The notes under the pieces were generated by a model. The model had not been told where the DNA came from, ran no database searches, and saw nothing but the letters and a program-made list of their open reading frames with translations. From the NCBI GenBank assembly GCA_964598405.1, contig CAZRBS010000006.1, positions 3,972-47,164 on the forward strand: DNA of 43,193 nt, in the 5' to 3' direction. Shown here in pieces: positions 19,690 to 27,425 of this stretch. The position numbers were made by a program, and so were the translations under genes. This stretch comes from an uncultured Dehalococcoidaceae bacterium. Lineage in GTDB: Bacteria > Chloroflexota > Dehalococcoidia > Dehalococcoidales > RBG-16-60-22. Within the stretch, counting starts at the first letter, position 1; each line of letters starts with the position of its first letter.

Positions 19690-20139
19690 ATGCCAGTGAT
19701 TGAGATTGATGATGAAGTCTGGGGAGAACTTCAAAGGAAGGCTGTACCATTAGTTGATACTCCTAGTACAGTGCTTAGGAGAATACTCGGGCTGGACAGT
19801 CAAAAGCAGACCACGCTGCAGGGTGCTATAGTAGAAATACATCTAAATAATCTTAATAATTATTCCCGGAAATGGGCATTAATCCCTGTACCTAAGGACA
19901 AAAGGCGATTCTTTCCGGGATATAAAGTAAAATTTAAATTAGAAACTGATGTAGGGGCTTTGCTTGCTCGTGTTACTTCTGCTCCAAAAGGAACGTTTGT
20001 AGGTGATCCAGATGCGGGAGCATACATCACAGGTAGGCTCCGGCAGTGGTATGAAAAGCACCCACGATTAAAGGATGGGGACAAGGTTCGAATAGAATGC
20101 TTGGAGCCAGGCAAGCACTATAAGCTATCTATAGTCTAA
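19690..20139 (+). CDS. Hypothetical DNA-binding protein (SeqA-N/RHH-like N-terminus + B3/pseudobarrel-like C-terminus), low-GC islet
   Basis: 149-aa ORF with purine-rich RBS and its own promoter; IEIDDEVW..L.......DTPSTVLRRILG resembles SeqA-N; domain calls by eye only. Confidence 0.75.
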   Translation: MPVIEIDDEVWGELQRKAVPLVDTPSTVLRRILGLDSQKQTTLQGAIVEIHLNNLNNYSRKWALIPVPKDKRRFFPGYKVKFKLETDVGALLARVTSAPKGTFVGDPDAGAYITGRLRQWYEKHPRLKDGDKVRIECLEPGKHYKLSIV

Positions 20140-20153
20140 CTATCTAAGTGAGA

Positions 20154-20933
20154 ATGATGGAAAAACTCGCATCTGGCGCTAAAAAGCTGGGCTGGTACCT
20201 TTCTCCCCGGCAGCTCGAGCAGTTTCAAATCTATTACCGGGAACTGGTGGACTGGAACCGGCGGGTGAACCTTACCGCCATTACCGAGTATGAGGAAGTG
20301 CAGATAAAACATTTTCTTGACTCTCTTACCGTCTCGCTGCCCGTGAGGCAGCAGCTGGCAAGCGGGTTCAGGGTGATTGACGTTGGCACCGGCGCCGGTC
20401 TACCCGGCATACCGCTGAAGGTTCTCTTTCCCGGCATCAACCTGGTGCTGCTTGAGGCGACGGCGAAGAAGGCTGCTTTTTTGCGGCACATTACCGCCAG
20501 GCTGGGGCTGGACGATGTTGAAATCGTGGTCGGTCGGGCGGAGGATGTCGCCCACCAGCCCAGGTTTCGGGAGAAGTTTGGGCTGGTGCTTTCCCGGGCG
20601 GTTGCCGAATTGCCCGCCCTCGTTGAGCTGACATTGCCCTTCTGTGCCCCGGGCGGTAAGTTTATTGCCCAGAAGAAGGGGCCCGTGGAACGGGAGATAA
20701 ACCGGGCAACCAGGGCCATTGGTTTAGCTGGAGGCAGCTTATGCAAAGTGGAGAGGGTAAGCCTGAAGGAATTTGCCGACGAGCGCTGGCTGGTCGTCAT
20801 TGATAAGGTGCGACCGACGCCGCCGCAGTATCCGCGCCGTCCCGGCATGCCGACAAAAAGACCGCTTTTACCCGTGGATGCTCAGGGGTCGGAGGTCAAT
20901 TTACAGGAGCGGATTGAAGAGGAGCAAGCTTGA
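20154..20933 (+). CDS. rsmG: 16S rRNA m7G527 methyltransferase
   Basis: WNRRVNLTAI, HFLDSL, DVGTGAGLPGIPL, GRAE, SRAVA, TP..YPRRPG.P; start uncertain (20148/20154/20157). Confidence 0.95.
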   Translation: MMEKLASGAKKLGWYLSPRQLEQFQIYYRELVDWNRRVNLTAITEYEEVQIKHFLDSLTVSLPVRQQLASGFRVIDVGTGAGLPGIPLKVLFPGINLVLLEATAKKAAFLRHITARLGLDDVEIVVGRAEDVAHQPRFREKFGLVLSRAVAELPALVELTLPFCAPGGKFIAQKKGPVEREINRATRAIGLAGGSLCKVERVSLKEFADERWLVVIDKVRPTPPQYPRRPGMPTKRPLLPVDAQGSEVNLQERIEEEQA

Positions 20934-20958
20934 TAAACAGGCTGAAAAGGAGTAAGAT
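20930..20958 (+). promoter_or_regulatory. Putative pdxST promoter
   Basis: TTGATA-17 bp-TAAGAT. Confidence 0.5.
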
Positions 20959-21003
20959 ATAGTTGCGAGAAGTTGCAGCTCGTTGTAGAGCGAGGAGGAA
21001 GAA

Positions 21004-21885
21004 ATGGAAACCGGAACGTGGAAGGTTAAAACCGGACTGGCGCAGATGCTGAAGGGGGGCGTGATTATGGATGTGGTCACCCCGGAGCACGCCAAAATTG
21101 CCGAGGAGGCGGGTGCCTGTGCGGTGATGGCGCTGGAGAGGGTCCCGGCTGATATCCGGGCGGCGGGTGGCGTGGCCAGGATGGCTGACCCGACGGTTAT
21201 TGAAGCCATCATGAAGACGGTCTCTATACCGGTGATGGCAAAATGCCGGATAGGGCATTTCGTTGAGGCACAGGCTCTGGAAGCTCTTGGTGTGGATTAT
21301 GTTGATGAATCCGAAGTGCTTACGCCAGCTGACGAGAGCTATCACGTCTGGAAGCACGATTTTAAAGTCCCCTTTGTCTGCGGCTGCCGCAACCTGGGAG
21401 AAGCCCTGCGCCGGATTGGCGAGGGGGCGGCAATGATAAGGACCAAGGGTGAAGCCGGAACCGGCAACATCGTCGAGGCGGTCAGGCATATGCGGGCGGT
21501 GATGGACGGCATCCGTGAGCTGGTACAGACACCGCAAGAGGAGCTTATGGCGAAGGCGAAAGAGATGGGGGCACCGTTTGAACTGGTAACCGAGGTGCAT
21601 AAGACCGGGAAATTGCCGGTGGTGAACTTTGCCGCTGGCGGCGTGGCTACCCCGGCTGATGCCGCCCTGATGATGCAGCTTGGTGCTGACGGCGTATTTG
21701 TCGGCTCGGGGATATTCAAGTCCACCAATCCGTCGGCCAGAGCCAAGGCGATTGTGAAGGCTACCACTCACTACAAAGACCCTCAAATCATCGCCGAGAC
21801 TTCCAAGAATCTGGGCGAGGCTATGCCCGGACTGGACATAAAGCAGATACCGGCCGAGGAGCTGCTAGCACCGAGAGGGTGGTAA
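21004..21885 (+). CDS. pdxS: Pyridoxal 5'-phosphate synthase, lyase subunit
   Basis: [48 protein letters not shown]. Confidence 0.98.
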   Translation: METGTWKVKTGLAQMLKGGVIMDVVTPEHAKIAEEAGACAVMALERVPADIRAAGGVARMADPTVIEAIMKTVSIPVMAKCRIGHFVEAQALEALGVDYVDESEVLTPADESYHVWKHDFKVPFVCGCRNLGEALRRIGEGAAMIRTKGEAGTGNIVEAVRHMRAVMDGIRELVQTPQEELMAKAKEMGAPFELVTEVHKTGKLPVVNFAAGGVATPADAALMMQLGADGVFVGSGIFKSTNPSARAKAIVKATTHYKDPQIIAETSKNLGEAMPGLDIKQIPAEELLAPRGW

Positions 21886-21886
21886 T

Positions 21887-22465
21887 ATGAAGATTGGCGT
21901 CCTTGCTGCGCAGGGAGCCTTTGCCGAACACATTGCTAAATTGCACCAGCTGGGAGTAGAGGCCGTGCCCGTCCGCCTGCCCGGGGAACTTGCGGGATTG
22001 GACGGGCTAATTATACCCGGTGGAGAGAGCACCTCTATCAGCCGGCTGATGCAGGACTACAGGCTTGCCGGTAAGATAAGGACTCTGGCCAAAAGTGGTC
22101 TGCCGGTACTCGGTACCTGTGCCGGTATGATACTTCTGGCCAGGGAGAACTCGGACAGCTATCCGGAACCCTTGGGACTGATGGACGTGATGATAAGGCG
22201 CAATGCCTTCGGCCGGCAGAGGGAAAGTTTTGAGACGGAACTTCTGGTGCCGGTTCTGGGAGAGGAACCGTTTCCGGGCGTGTTTATCCGCGCGCCGCTG
22301 ATTGAGAAAGCGAATGGGAAAGTGGAAGTGCTCTCCCGGCTGGCTGATGGCACCATTGTTGCGGTCAGGCAGGGAAAGCTGGTGGCTCTGGCTTTTCACC
22401 CCGAGCTGACCGATGACCTGAGATTTCACCGGTATTTTCTGGATATCGTTGCCGGACGCAAATAA
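21887..22465 (+). CDS. pdxT: PLP synthase, glutaminase subunit
   Basis: [39 protein letters not shown]. Confidence 0.97.
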   Translation: MKIGVLAAQGAFAEHIAKLHQLGVEAVPVRLPGELAGLDGLIIPGGESTSISRLMQDYRLAGKIRTLAKSGLPVLGTCAGMILLARENSDSYPEPLGLMDVMIRRNAFGRQRESFETELLVPVLGEEPFPGVFIRAPLIEKANGKVEVLSRLADGTIVAVRQGKLVALAFHPELTDDLRFHRYFLDIVAGRK

Positions 22466-22485
22466 AAAGGTATTCGGGAGGAATT

Positions 22486-23994
22486 TTGCAGAAAGTAGCC
22501 ACGGATGACATGGATGCGCTGCTTGATATTCTGCCTCCGCACATCCGCCAGCAATTATGCCGGCAGGATGACCTGGCTGAACTGCTGGAAGTCGTCCTGG
22601 ACCTGGGGCGCCTCCCTGAAGCCCGCTTCTCCCGGCGGGAGGTAGTCCTTGACCACAAAGAAGTTGATGAGATGGACATCGACTACGTTGTCTCACGGGT
22701 GGGGAGCTTCAGCGGTGACAACCGGGCCGGGGTTGAGCGCACGCTGCATCGCATCTCCGCCATTCGCAATCGAAAGGGGCGGGTGGTCGGGCTTACCTGC
22801 CGGGTGGGCCGGGCGGTCTTCGGCACGATAAAAGTTATTGAGGACCTGGTACAGTCGGGCAGGAGCGTGATGCTTCTGGGCCGCCCCGGAGTCGGCAAGA
22901 CGACAATGCTGCGCGAGGTAGCCCGCGTGCTGGCTGACGACATGAAGAAGAGGGTTATTATCGTTGATACCTCGAACGAGATTGCCGGTGATGGTGACAT
23001 TCCCCATCCGGCGATTGGTCACGCCCGGCGGATGCAGGTAACCACACCTACCCTGCAACATGCCGTCATGATTGAGGCGGTGGAAAACCACATGCCGGAA
23101 GTGATTGTCATCGACGAAATTGGTACGGAACTTGAGGCTAAAGCCGCCAGAACCATCGCTGAACGCGGCGTGCAGCTCGTCGGCACGGCTCACGGCAACA
23201 TGCTGGAAAACCTGATGATGAACCCCACCCTGGCTGATCTTGTCGGCGGTATTCAGTCGGTGACCCTGGGTGACGAGGAAGCCAAGCGCCGGGGAACTCA
23301 GAAATCGATACTGGAACGCATGTCACCGCCCACTTTTGACATTGTGGTTGAAATTCAGGAAAGGGACAGGGTCGCCATCCATCCCGATGTCGGGGAGGCG
23401 GTTGACGCCATCCTGCGCGGGCAGCTCACGGCTACCGAGACCCGCTGGCTGGACGATAGGGGGGAGGTCAGGATAGAGAAGCCGGTCGCGGCGGCGAAAA
23501 AGTCCGCAGCCGAGCGAATGACGGAGGGCGATAAACACCGGCTTTACCTCTTCGGCGTCAACCGGGCGCGGCTGGAGCAGATGGCCAATGAGATGAACCT
23601 GAGCCTGGACATCGTGGCCAGCCCGAAAGAGGCCGACCTGTTTATCACTTCGAAGAACTACTACCGGCGGAAGCCGCAGAAGGTCAGGGATGCGGAAACG
23701 GCCAGCCTGCCCATCTATGTTCTGAAAAGCAACACCCCGGCCCAGATAAGACAGCTGCTGCAGCATATCTATCCGGTAGCTGGCGCGGATAAGGCGGACT
23801 CCTTCAAGTCTGCCATCAATGAGGCGGAAGCCGCCGTGGGGCGGGTAAAGAACGGTGGGGAGGCGGTTGAACTCAGTCCGCAGAGCGCCTATATCCGCCG
23901 CTTGCAGCACCTTATTGCCGAAAGGAACGCTCTGGCTTCACAGAGCACGGGCAAAGACTCCAACCGGAGGGTCAGGATTTATAAGGGAGGATAA
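22486..23994 (+). CDS. SpoIIIAA/Ycf45-like AAA+ ATPase with C-terminal R3H domain
   Basis: [21 protein letters not shown], Walker [21 protein letters not shown]; C-terminal [13 protein letters not shown]. Confidence 0.88.
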   Translation: MQKVATDDMDALLDILPPHIRQQLCRQDDLAELLEVVLDLGRLPEARFSRREVVLDHKEVDEMDIDYVVSRVGSFSGDNRAGVERTLHRISAIRNRKGRVVGLTCRVGRAVFGTIKVIEDLVQSGRSVMLLGRPGVGKTTMLREVARVLADDMKKRVIIVDTSNEIAGDGDIPHPAIGHARRMQVTTPTLQHAVMIEAVENHMPEVIVIDEIGTELEAKAARTIAERGVQLVGTAHGNMLENLMMNPTLADLVGGIQSVTLGDEEAKRRGTQKSILERMSPPTFDIVVEIQERDRVAIHPDVGEAVDAILRGQLTATETRWLDDRGEVRIEKPVAAAKKSAAERMTEGDKHRLYLFGVNRARLEQMANEMNLSLDIVASPKEADLFITSKNYYRRKPQKVRDAETASLPIYVLKSNTPAQIRQLLQHIYPVAGADKADSFKSAINEAEAAVGRVKNGGEAVELSPQSAYIRRLQHLIAERNALASQSTGKDSNRRVRIYKGG

Positions 23995-24002
23995 TAGGGA
24001 TA

Positions 24003-24084
24003 AGGGGATTAAAAGGGGCGAAGCCCCTTTAGAAACTTCCTTCCATCTCCCCTTCATAAGGGGAAAGGGATAAAAGGTGAGAGG
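24003..24084. repeat. REP-like double-hairpin element, copy 2 (degenerate, inverted relative to copy 1)
   Basis: AAAGGGGC-GAA-GCCCCTTT (24012-24030), TCCCCTT-CAT-AAGGGGA (24048-24064) and tail GGGATAAAAGGTGAGAGG matching the reverse complement of copy 1. Confidence 0.72.
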
Positions 24085-24096
24085 TTAGGAACGATT

Positions 24097-24729
24097 ATGG
24101 CTCTATTCATCACCTTTGAAGGCGGGGAAGGCTCCGGCAAGAGTTTTCAGGCGGGGGCGTTATACAAAAGGCTTTCACGGCTGGCTATCCCCGCTGAATT
24201 GACCCATGAACCCGGGGTTACCTCGCTGGGGAGGAAGATAGCCCGCTGGCTCAAGTGGGGTCAGGATATGGGCATATCACCCGAGGCTGAGTTATTGCTG
24301 TTCAACGCTTCCCGCGCTCAACTGGTCACCGAGCTTATCCGGCCCGGCCTGAAAAAGGGCGGGGTGGTCATCTGTGACCGCTATGCTGACTCGACTATTG
24401 CCTACCAGAGTTACGGGCGCGGCCTGAACTTGGGCATGGTCAGGGCAGTCAATGATGCTGCCGTTCAGGGGCTCAATCCCGACCTGACCATTCTGCTGGA
24501 TATGCCGGTTGAGGCAGGACTTGCCCGTAAAAGAGACCGGCGGCAGGACCGCTTCGAACGGGAGAATGTTGCCTTTCATCAGCGGGTGCGGGACGGTTAC
24601 CTCAAGCTGGCGGCTGCCGAACCACAGCGCTGGCTGGTGGTTGATGGCGCTCAAAGCAAAGAAAAAGCGGCTGAAATTATCTGGCAAAGAGTAAGCCGGT
24701 TGCTGGAAGAACGATGCCTGCTCCGTTAG
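24097..24729 (+). CDS. tmk: Thymidylate kinase
   Basis: FITFEGGEGSGKS, HEPG, ELLLF.ASRAQ, CDRYADSTIAYQ. Confidence 0.96.
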   Translation: MALFITFEGGEGSGKSFQAGALYKRLSRLAIPAELTHEPGVTSLGRKIARWLKWGQDMGISPEAELLLFNASRAQLVTELIRPGLKKGGVVICDRYADSTIAYQSYGRGLNLGMVRAVNDAAVQGLNPDLTILLDMPVEAGLARKRDRRQDRFERENVAFHQRVRDGYLKLAAAEPQRWLVVDGAQSKEKAAEIIWQRVSRLLEERCLLR

Positions 24730-25088
24730 AGAAGCTGGACGGTAAAAAGGCCAAGGACATAAAGGTTCTGCGCAACTTCGTCTCTATCTTCTGCCGGGAA
24801 AACCACCGGGCGGAGGAGAAGGTTGTCTTTTCCGTTAAGGATGCCAGGTTGCGCCAGGTTCTGGGCGATAAAAAACCCCTGCTGTGCCGGGATTGCAGCA
24901 GATTGCTCAACCACGGCATAGTCAAGCTGCTTTTGTGTCCCTATGACCCCAAGCCGATGTGCAAGAAATGCACCACTCATTGTTACGCTCCGGGCTACCG
25001 GGAGAAGGTGCGGGAAGTTATGCGCTTTTCCGGCCCGTATCTCATAAAGCACGGCCGACTGGATATGCTGCTTCATTACCTGTTTTGA
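24714..25088 (+). CDS. YgbA / 'nitrous oxide-stimulated promoter' family Cys-rich protein
   Basis: [32 protein letters not shown] pattern. Confidence 0.8.
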   Translation: MPAPLEKLDGKKAKDIKVLRNFVSIFCRENHRAEEKVVFSVKDARLRQVLGDKKPLLCRDCSRLLNHGIVKLLLCPYDPKPMCKKCTTHCYAPGYREKVREVMRFSGPYLIKHGRLDMLLHYLF

Positions 25089-25104
25089 AGGTGGAGAGTT
25101 AATT

Positions 25105-25734
25105 TTGCTGGAAAGCCGCCGGGTACCATCTTTCACCGAGGAGGAACTGCTTGGGACGCAGGGCTACCGGCTGATTGCGGGGGTGGATGAGGTGGGGAGG
25201 GGAGCCCTGGCCGGGCCGGTGGTGGCGGCAGCGGTTATCCTGCCGGGCAAACTTGAAACTCGCTGGCTGGCTGAGGTAAGGGACAGCAAACAGTTGAGCC
25301 CGCTGAAGCGTGAACTTTTGTCCCGATACATTCAGGAAGTTGCTGTCTCGGTGGGGGTTGGTGTTGCCAGTCACCGGGCGATAGATACCATAGGCATAAT
25401 CAGGGCAACACGGCTGGCGATGAAGTTTGCCATAAGCAAACTTTCCCCTTCACCGCAGTACCTTCTTATCGACTATCTGCCCCTGCCGGAAATCCACCTG
25501 CCACAGAAGGGGGTTATTGACGGCGATAGCCTGTGCTTTTCCATCGCCTGTGCTTCCATCGTCGCCAAAGTTGCCCGCGACCGCCTGATGGTCGGTCTGG
25601 ACAGGGTATATTCCGGTTACAGGCTGGCGGAGCACAAAGGTTACTGTACCGAAGGGCATGTCGCCTGTCTGCACCGGCTGGGCCCATCGCCAATCCACCG
25701 CCGAACTTTCCAGCCGGTCAGGTATTTAATCTGA
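25105..25734 (+). CDS. rnhB: Ribonuclease HII
   Basis: [51 protein letters not shown]. Confidence 0.96.
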   Translation: MLESRRVPSFTEEELLGTQGYRLIAGVDEVGRGALAGPVVAAAVILPGKLETRWLAEVRDSKQLSPLKRELLSRYIQEVAVSVGVGVASHRAIDTIGIIRATRLAMKFAISKLSPSPQYLLIDYLPLPEIHLPQKGVIDGDSLCFSIACASIVAKVARDRLMVGLDRVYSGYRLAEHKGYCTEGHVACLHRLGPSPIHRRTFQPVRYLI

Positions 25735-25762
25735 ATGCCGGAAGGCGGTTTTCAGGAAAAAG

Positions 25763-26128
25763 ATGAAGCGCAGAGATACCGGTATCCTGGGGGAAAAGCT
25801 GGCTCAGGACCTGCTGAAGAAGCGGGGCTATCGCGTTCTGGAGACCAACTACCGCTGCCCCGAAGGTGAAATCGATATCGTTGCCGAGCACGGAGACTTT
25901 CTGGTCTTTCTCGAGGTGCGGACCAAGAAGAGCCTTCAGTTCGGCAGCCCGGAAGAATCAATTACACCGCACAAGAAGGAAAAGCTGAGGGCGGTGGCGA
26001 ATTACTACCGGCAGATGCATGGTGATTTGCCGTCTTCTTGGCGCATTGATTTTGTTGCCGTGGAAATGGACAGCAGGGGCAGGCCGTTGCGGGTTGATTT
26101 GATTGAAAATGCCGTTGAGGAAGCCTGA
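25763..26128 (+). CDS. yraN: YraN family (UPF0102) putative endonuclease
   Basis: GEKLA..LL...GY..L..NYRC..GEIDIVA, VFLEVRT, RIDFVAV; usual position after rnhB. Confidence 0.92.
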   Translation: MKRRDTGILGEKLAQDLLKKRGYRVLETNYRCPEGEIDIVAEHGDFLVFLEVRTKKSLQFGSPEESITPHKKEKLRAVANYYRQMHGDLPSSWRIDFVAVEMDSRGRPLRVDLIENAVEEA

Positions 26129-26201
26129 AGCTTTCCTGGCTTTACCCTCCAGCAGAGCTGTGCTAGAATTAACCCGCCGGGACACCTGTAATATGGAGAC
26201 A

Positions 26202-26636
26202 ATGCCAGACCAGAAACTACGCATTATCGATGCCAATTTGAACCGCATTGGCGAGGGCCTTCGCGTCCTTGAGGATATTGCCCGCCTTCTGCTCGATGAT
26301 GCTGAGTTGAGCCAGCAGCTCAAGGATATGAGGCACGAGATGGTGAAGGTTGATTTGCAGCTTGCGCGGCAGTTTCTCCGGGCGCGGGACTCGGAAGGTG
26401 ACGTTGGTATCAACCTTGAGGCGTCTGACGGGGGAAGGTATAAGGAAATCCCGGAAACGGTGGTGGCTAACGCCCGGCGGGTGCAGGAGGCGATGAGGGT
26501 TATGGAAGAGCTGGCGAAAAACCCGGGCGTGCCTCTGGCGCCGGATAAGTTCAAGCAGGCCCGGTTCAAACTCTACACGATAGAAAAGGAGCTGTTCGCC
26601 AGAGTGGCACGGCATGGCAGGAAGGACATTGAATAG
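26202..26636 (+). CDS. Stand-alone ThiD2-domain protein (N-terminal domain of long thiamine-phosphate synthases)
   Basis: RIIDANLNRIGEGLRVLEDIAR, ARDSEGDVG, ANARRVQEAMRVMEE, RFKLYTIE; ATG 26202 after GGAG. Confidence 0.82.
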   Translation: MPDQKLRIIDANLNRIGEGLRVLEDIARLLLDDAELSQQLKDMRHEMVKVDLQLARQFLRARDSEGDVGINLEASDGGRYKEIPETVVANARRVQEAMRVMEELAKNPGVPLAPDKFKQARFKLYTIEKELFARVARHGRKDIE

Positions 26637-27279
26637 ATTAACCGGCAGCCTGGATTCGATTGCGGAGCAGATACGGCAGAGCTTTGCGACCAAAGACGCA
26701 GCCAGGGAGAAGGTGCTGCCACTCTGCCGTGACGTGATTCGTTGCTGCAGTCAGGCTATCCGCGCCGTACACCGCCGTGAATTCAGCCAGGCTGCGGAGT
26801 TGCTCAGGTCAGCCCGTGAATTGCTCGCCGAAGTGGAGCAAGCCGTTGCCGAACGTAGCGAGTTTAATACCGGGTTTATCCGTGATGCGCAGAAGGAGTT
26901 TGCCGAAGGAAGCATTACCCTGGCTCTGGTAACCGGGGAAAAAATTCCTGAGCCGGCCGGGCTGGGCATTAGCGAGGCTGCTTACTTAAACGGACTGGGC
27001 GAAGCGGTGGGCGAGATACGCCGCTACCTGCTGGACAGCATGAGGCAGGGGGACCTGTCCCGTGGCGAGGAGCTGTTAATGGCCATGGATGATATCTATG
27101 GTGTTCTGGTAACGATGGACTTCCCCGACGCTATCACGGGTGGCCTGCGGCGTACCACCGATATGGTGCGGGGTGTCCTGGAGAGAACGCGCAGCGACCT
27201 GACGCTGGTCGTGAGGCAAAAGGACCTGGAGACCAGACTGAAAAAGTTCGAGGGTAATATCCACCAGCGTTCCGATTGA
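26629..27279 (+). CDS. Translin/TRAX (C3PO)-family protein
   Basis: All-helical pattern; R.VIR.CSQAI.AVHR, QKEFAEG, YLNGLGEAVGEIRR, LRR..D..R..LE; TTG 26629 (or ATG 26614). Confidence 0.82.
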   Translation: MNRLTGSLDSIAEQIRQSFATKDAAREKVLPLCRDVIRCCSQAIRAVHRREFSQAAELLRSARELLAEVEQAVAERSEFNTGFIRDAQKEFAEGSITLALVTGEKIPEPAGLGISEAAYLNGLGEAVGEIRRYLLDSMRQGDLSRGEELLMAMDDIYGVLVTMDFPDAITGGLRRTTDMVRGVLERTRSDLTLVVRQKDLETRLKKFEGNIHQRSD

Positions 27280-27304
27280 TTTCCGCAGGCGGATAGGCTA
27301 AAAT
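27276..27304 (+). promoter_or_regulatory. Putative hppA promoter
   Basis: TTGATT-17 bp-TAAAAT. Confidence 0.55.
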
Positions 27305-27310
27305 AATTAA

Positions 27311-27351
27311 CTTAGTGGGTAAACCCGGCCATATGCAGCAAGCTCTGTAAG
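27311..27351 (+). ncRNA. Candidate riboswitch aptamer upstream of hppA (possibly Na+-I/DUF1646-like)
   Basis: About 40-nt stem-loop between a promoter and a terminator, with its 3' arm overlapping the terminator; class assignment from memory and gene context only. Confidence 0.45.
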
Positions 27352-27383
27352 GAAGGTGGTTTTCAAGACCAGCCTTTCTTTTT
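27349..27383 (+). terminator. Intrinsic terminator/attenuator in the hppA leader
   Basis: AAGGAAGGTGGT-TTTCAAG-ACCAGCCTTTCTT followed by TTT. Confidence 0.75.
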
Positions 27384-27425
27384 ACTATGAAAGTATAAAG
27401 CAGACGAGTTTCTGGAGGTTATTTT

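Noticed and set aside
19152-19703. 183-aa ORF crossing cdsA, the repeat and the islet promoter
   Set aside because: Out-of-frame overlap with cdsA; its SPPLSPSPSKERG/RGAKPL segments are just the translated palindromes
19471-24084. Repeat copies as a CRISPR array or IS ends
   Set aside because: Only two degenerate copies 4.5 kb apart; no spacers, cas genes, transposase or target-site duplication
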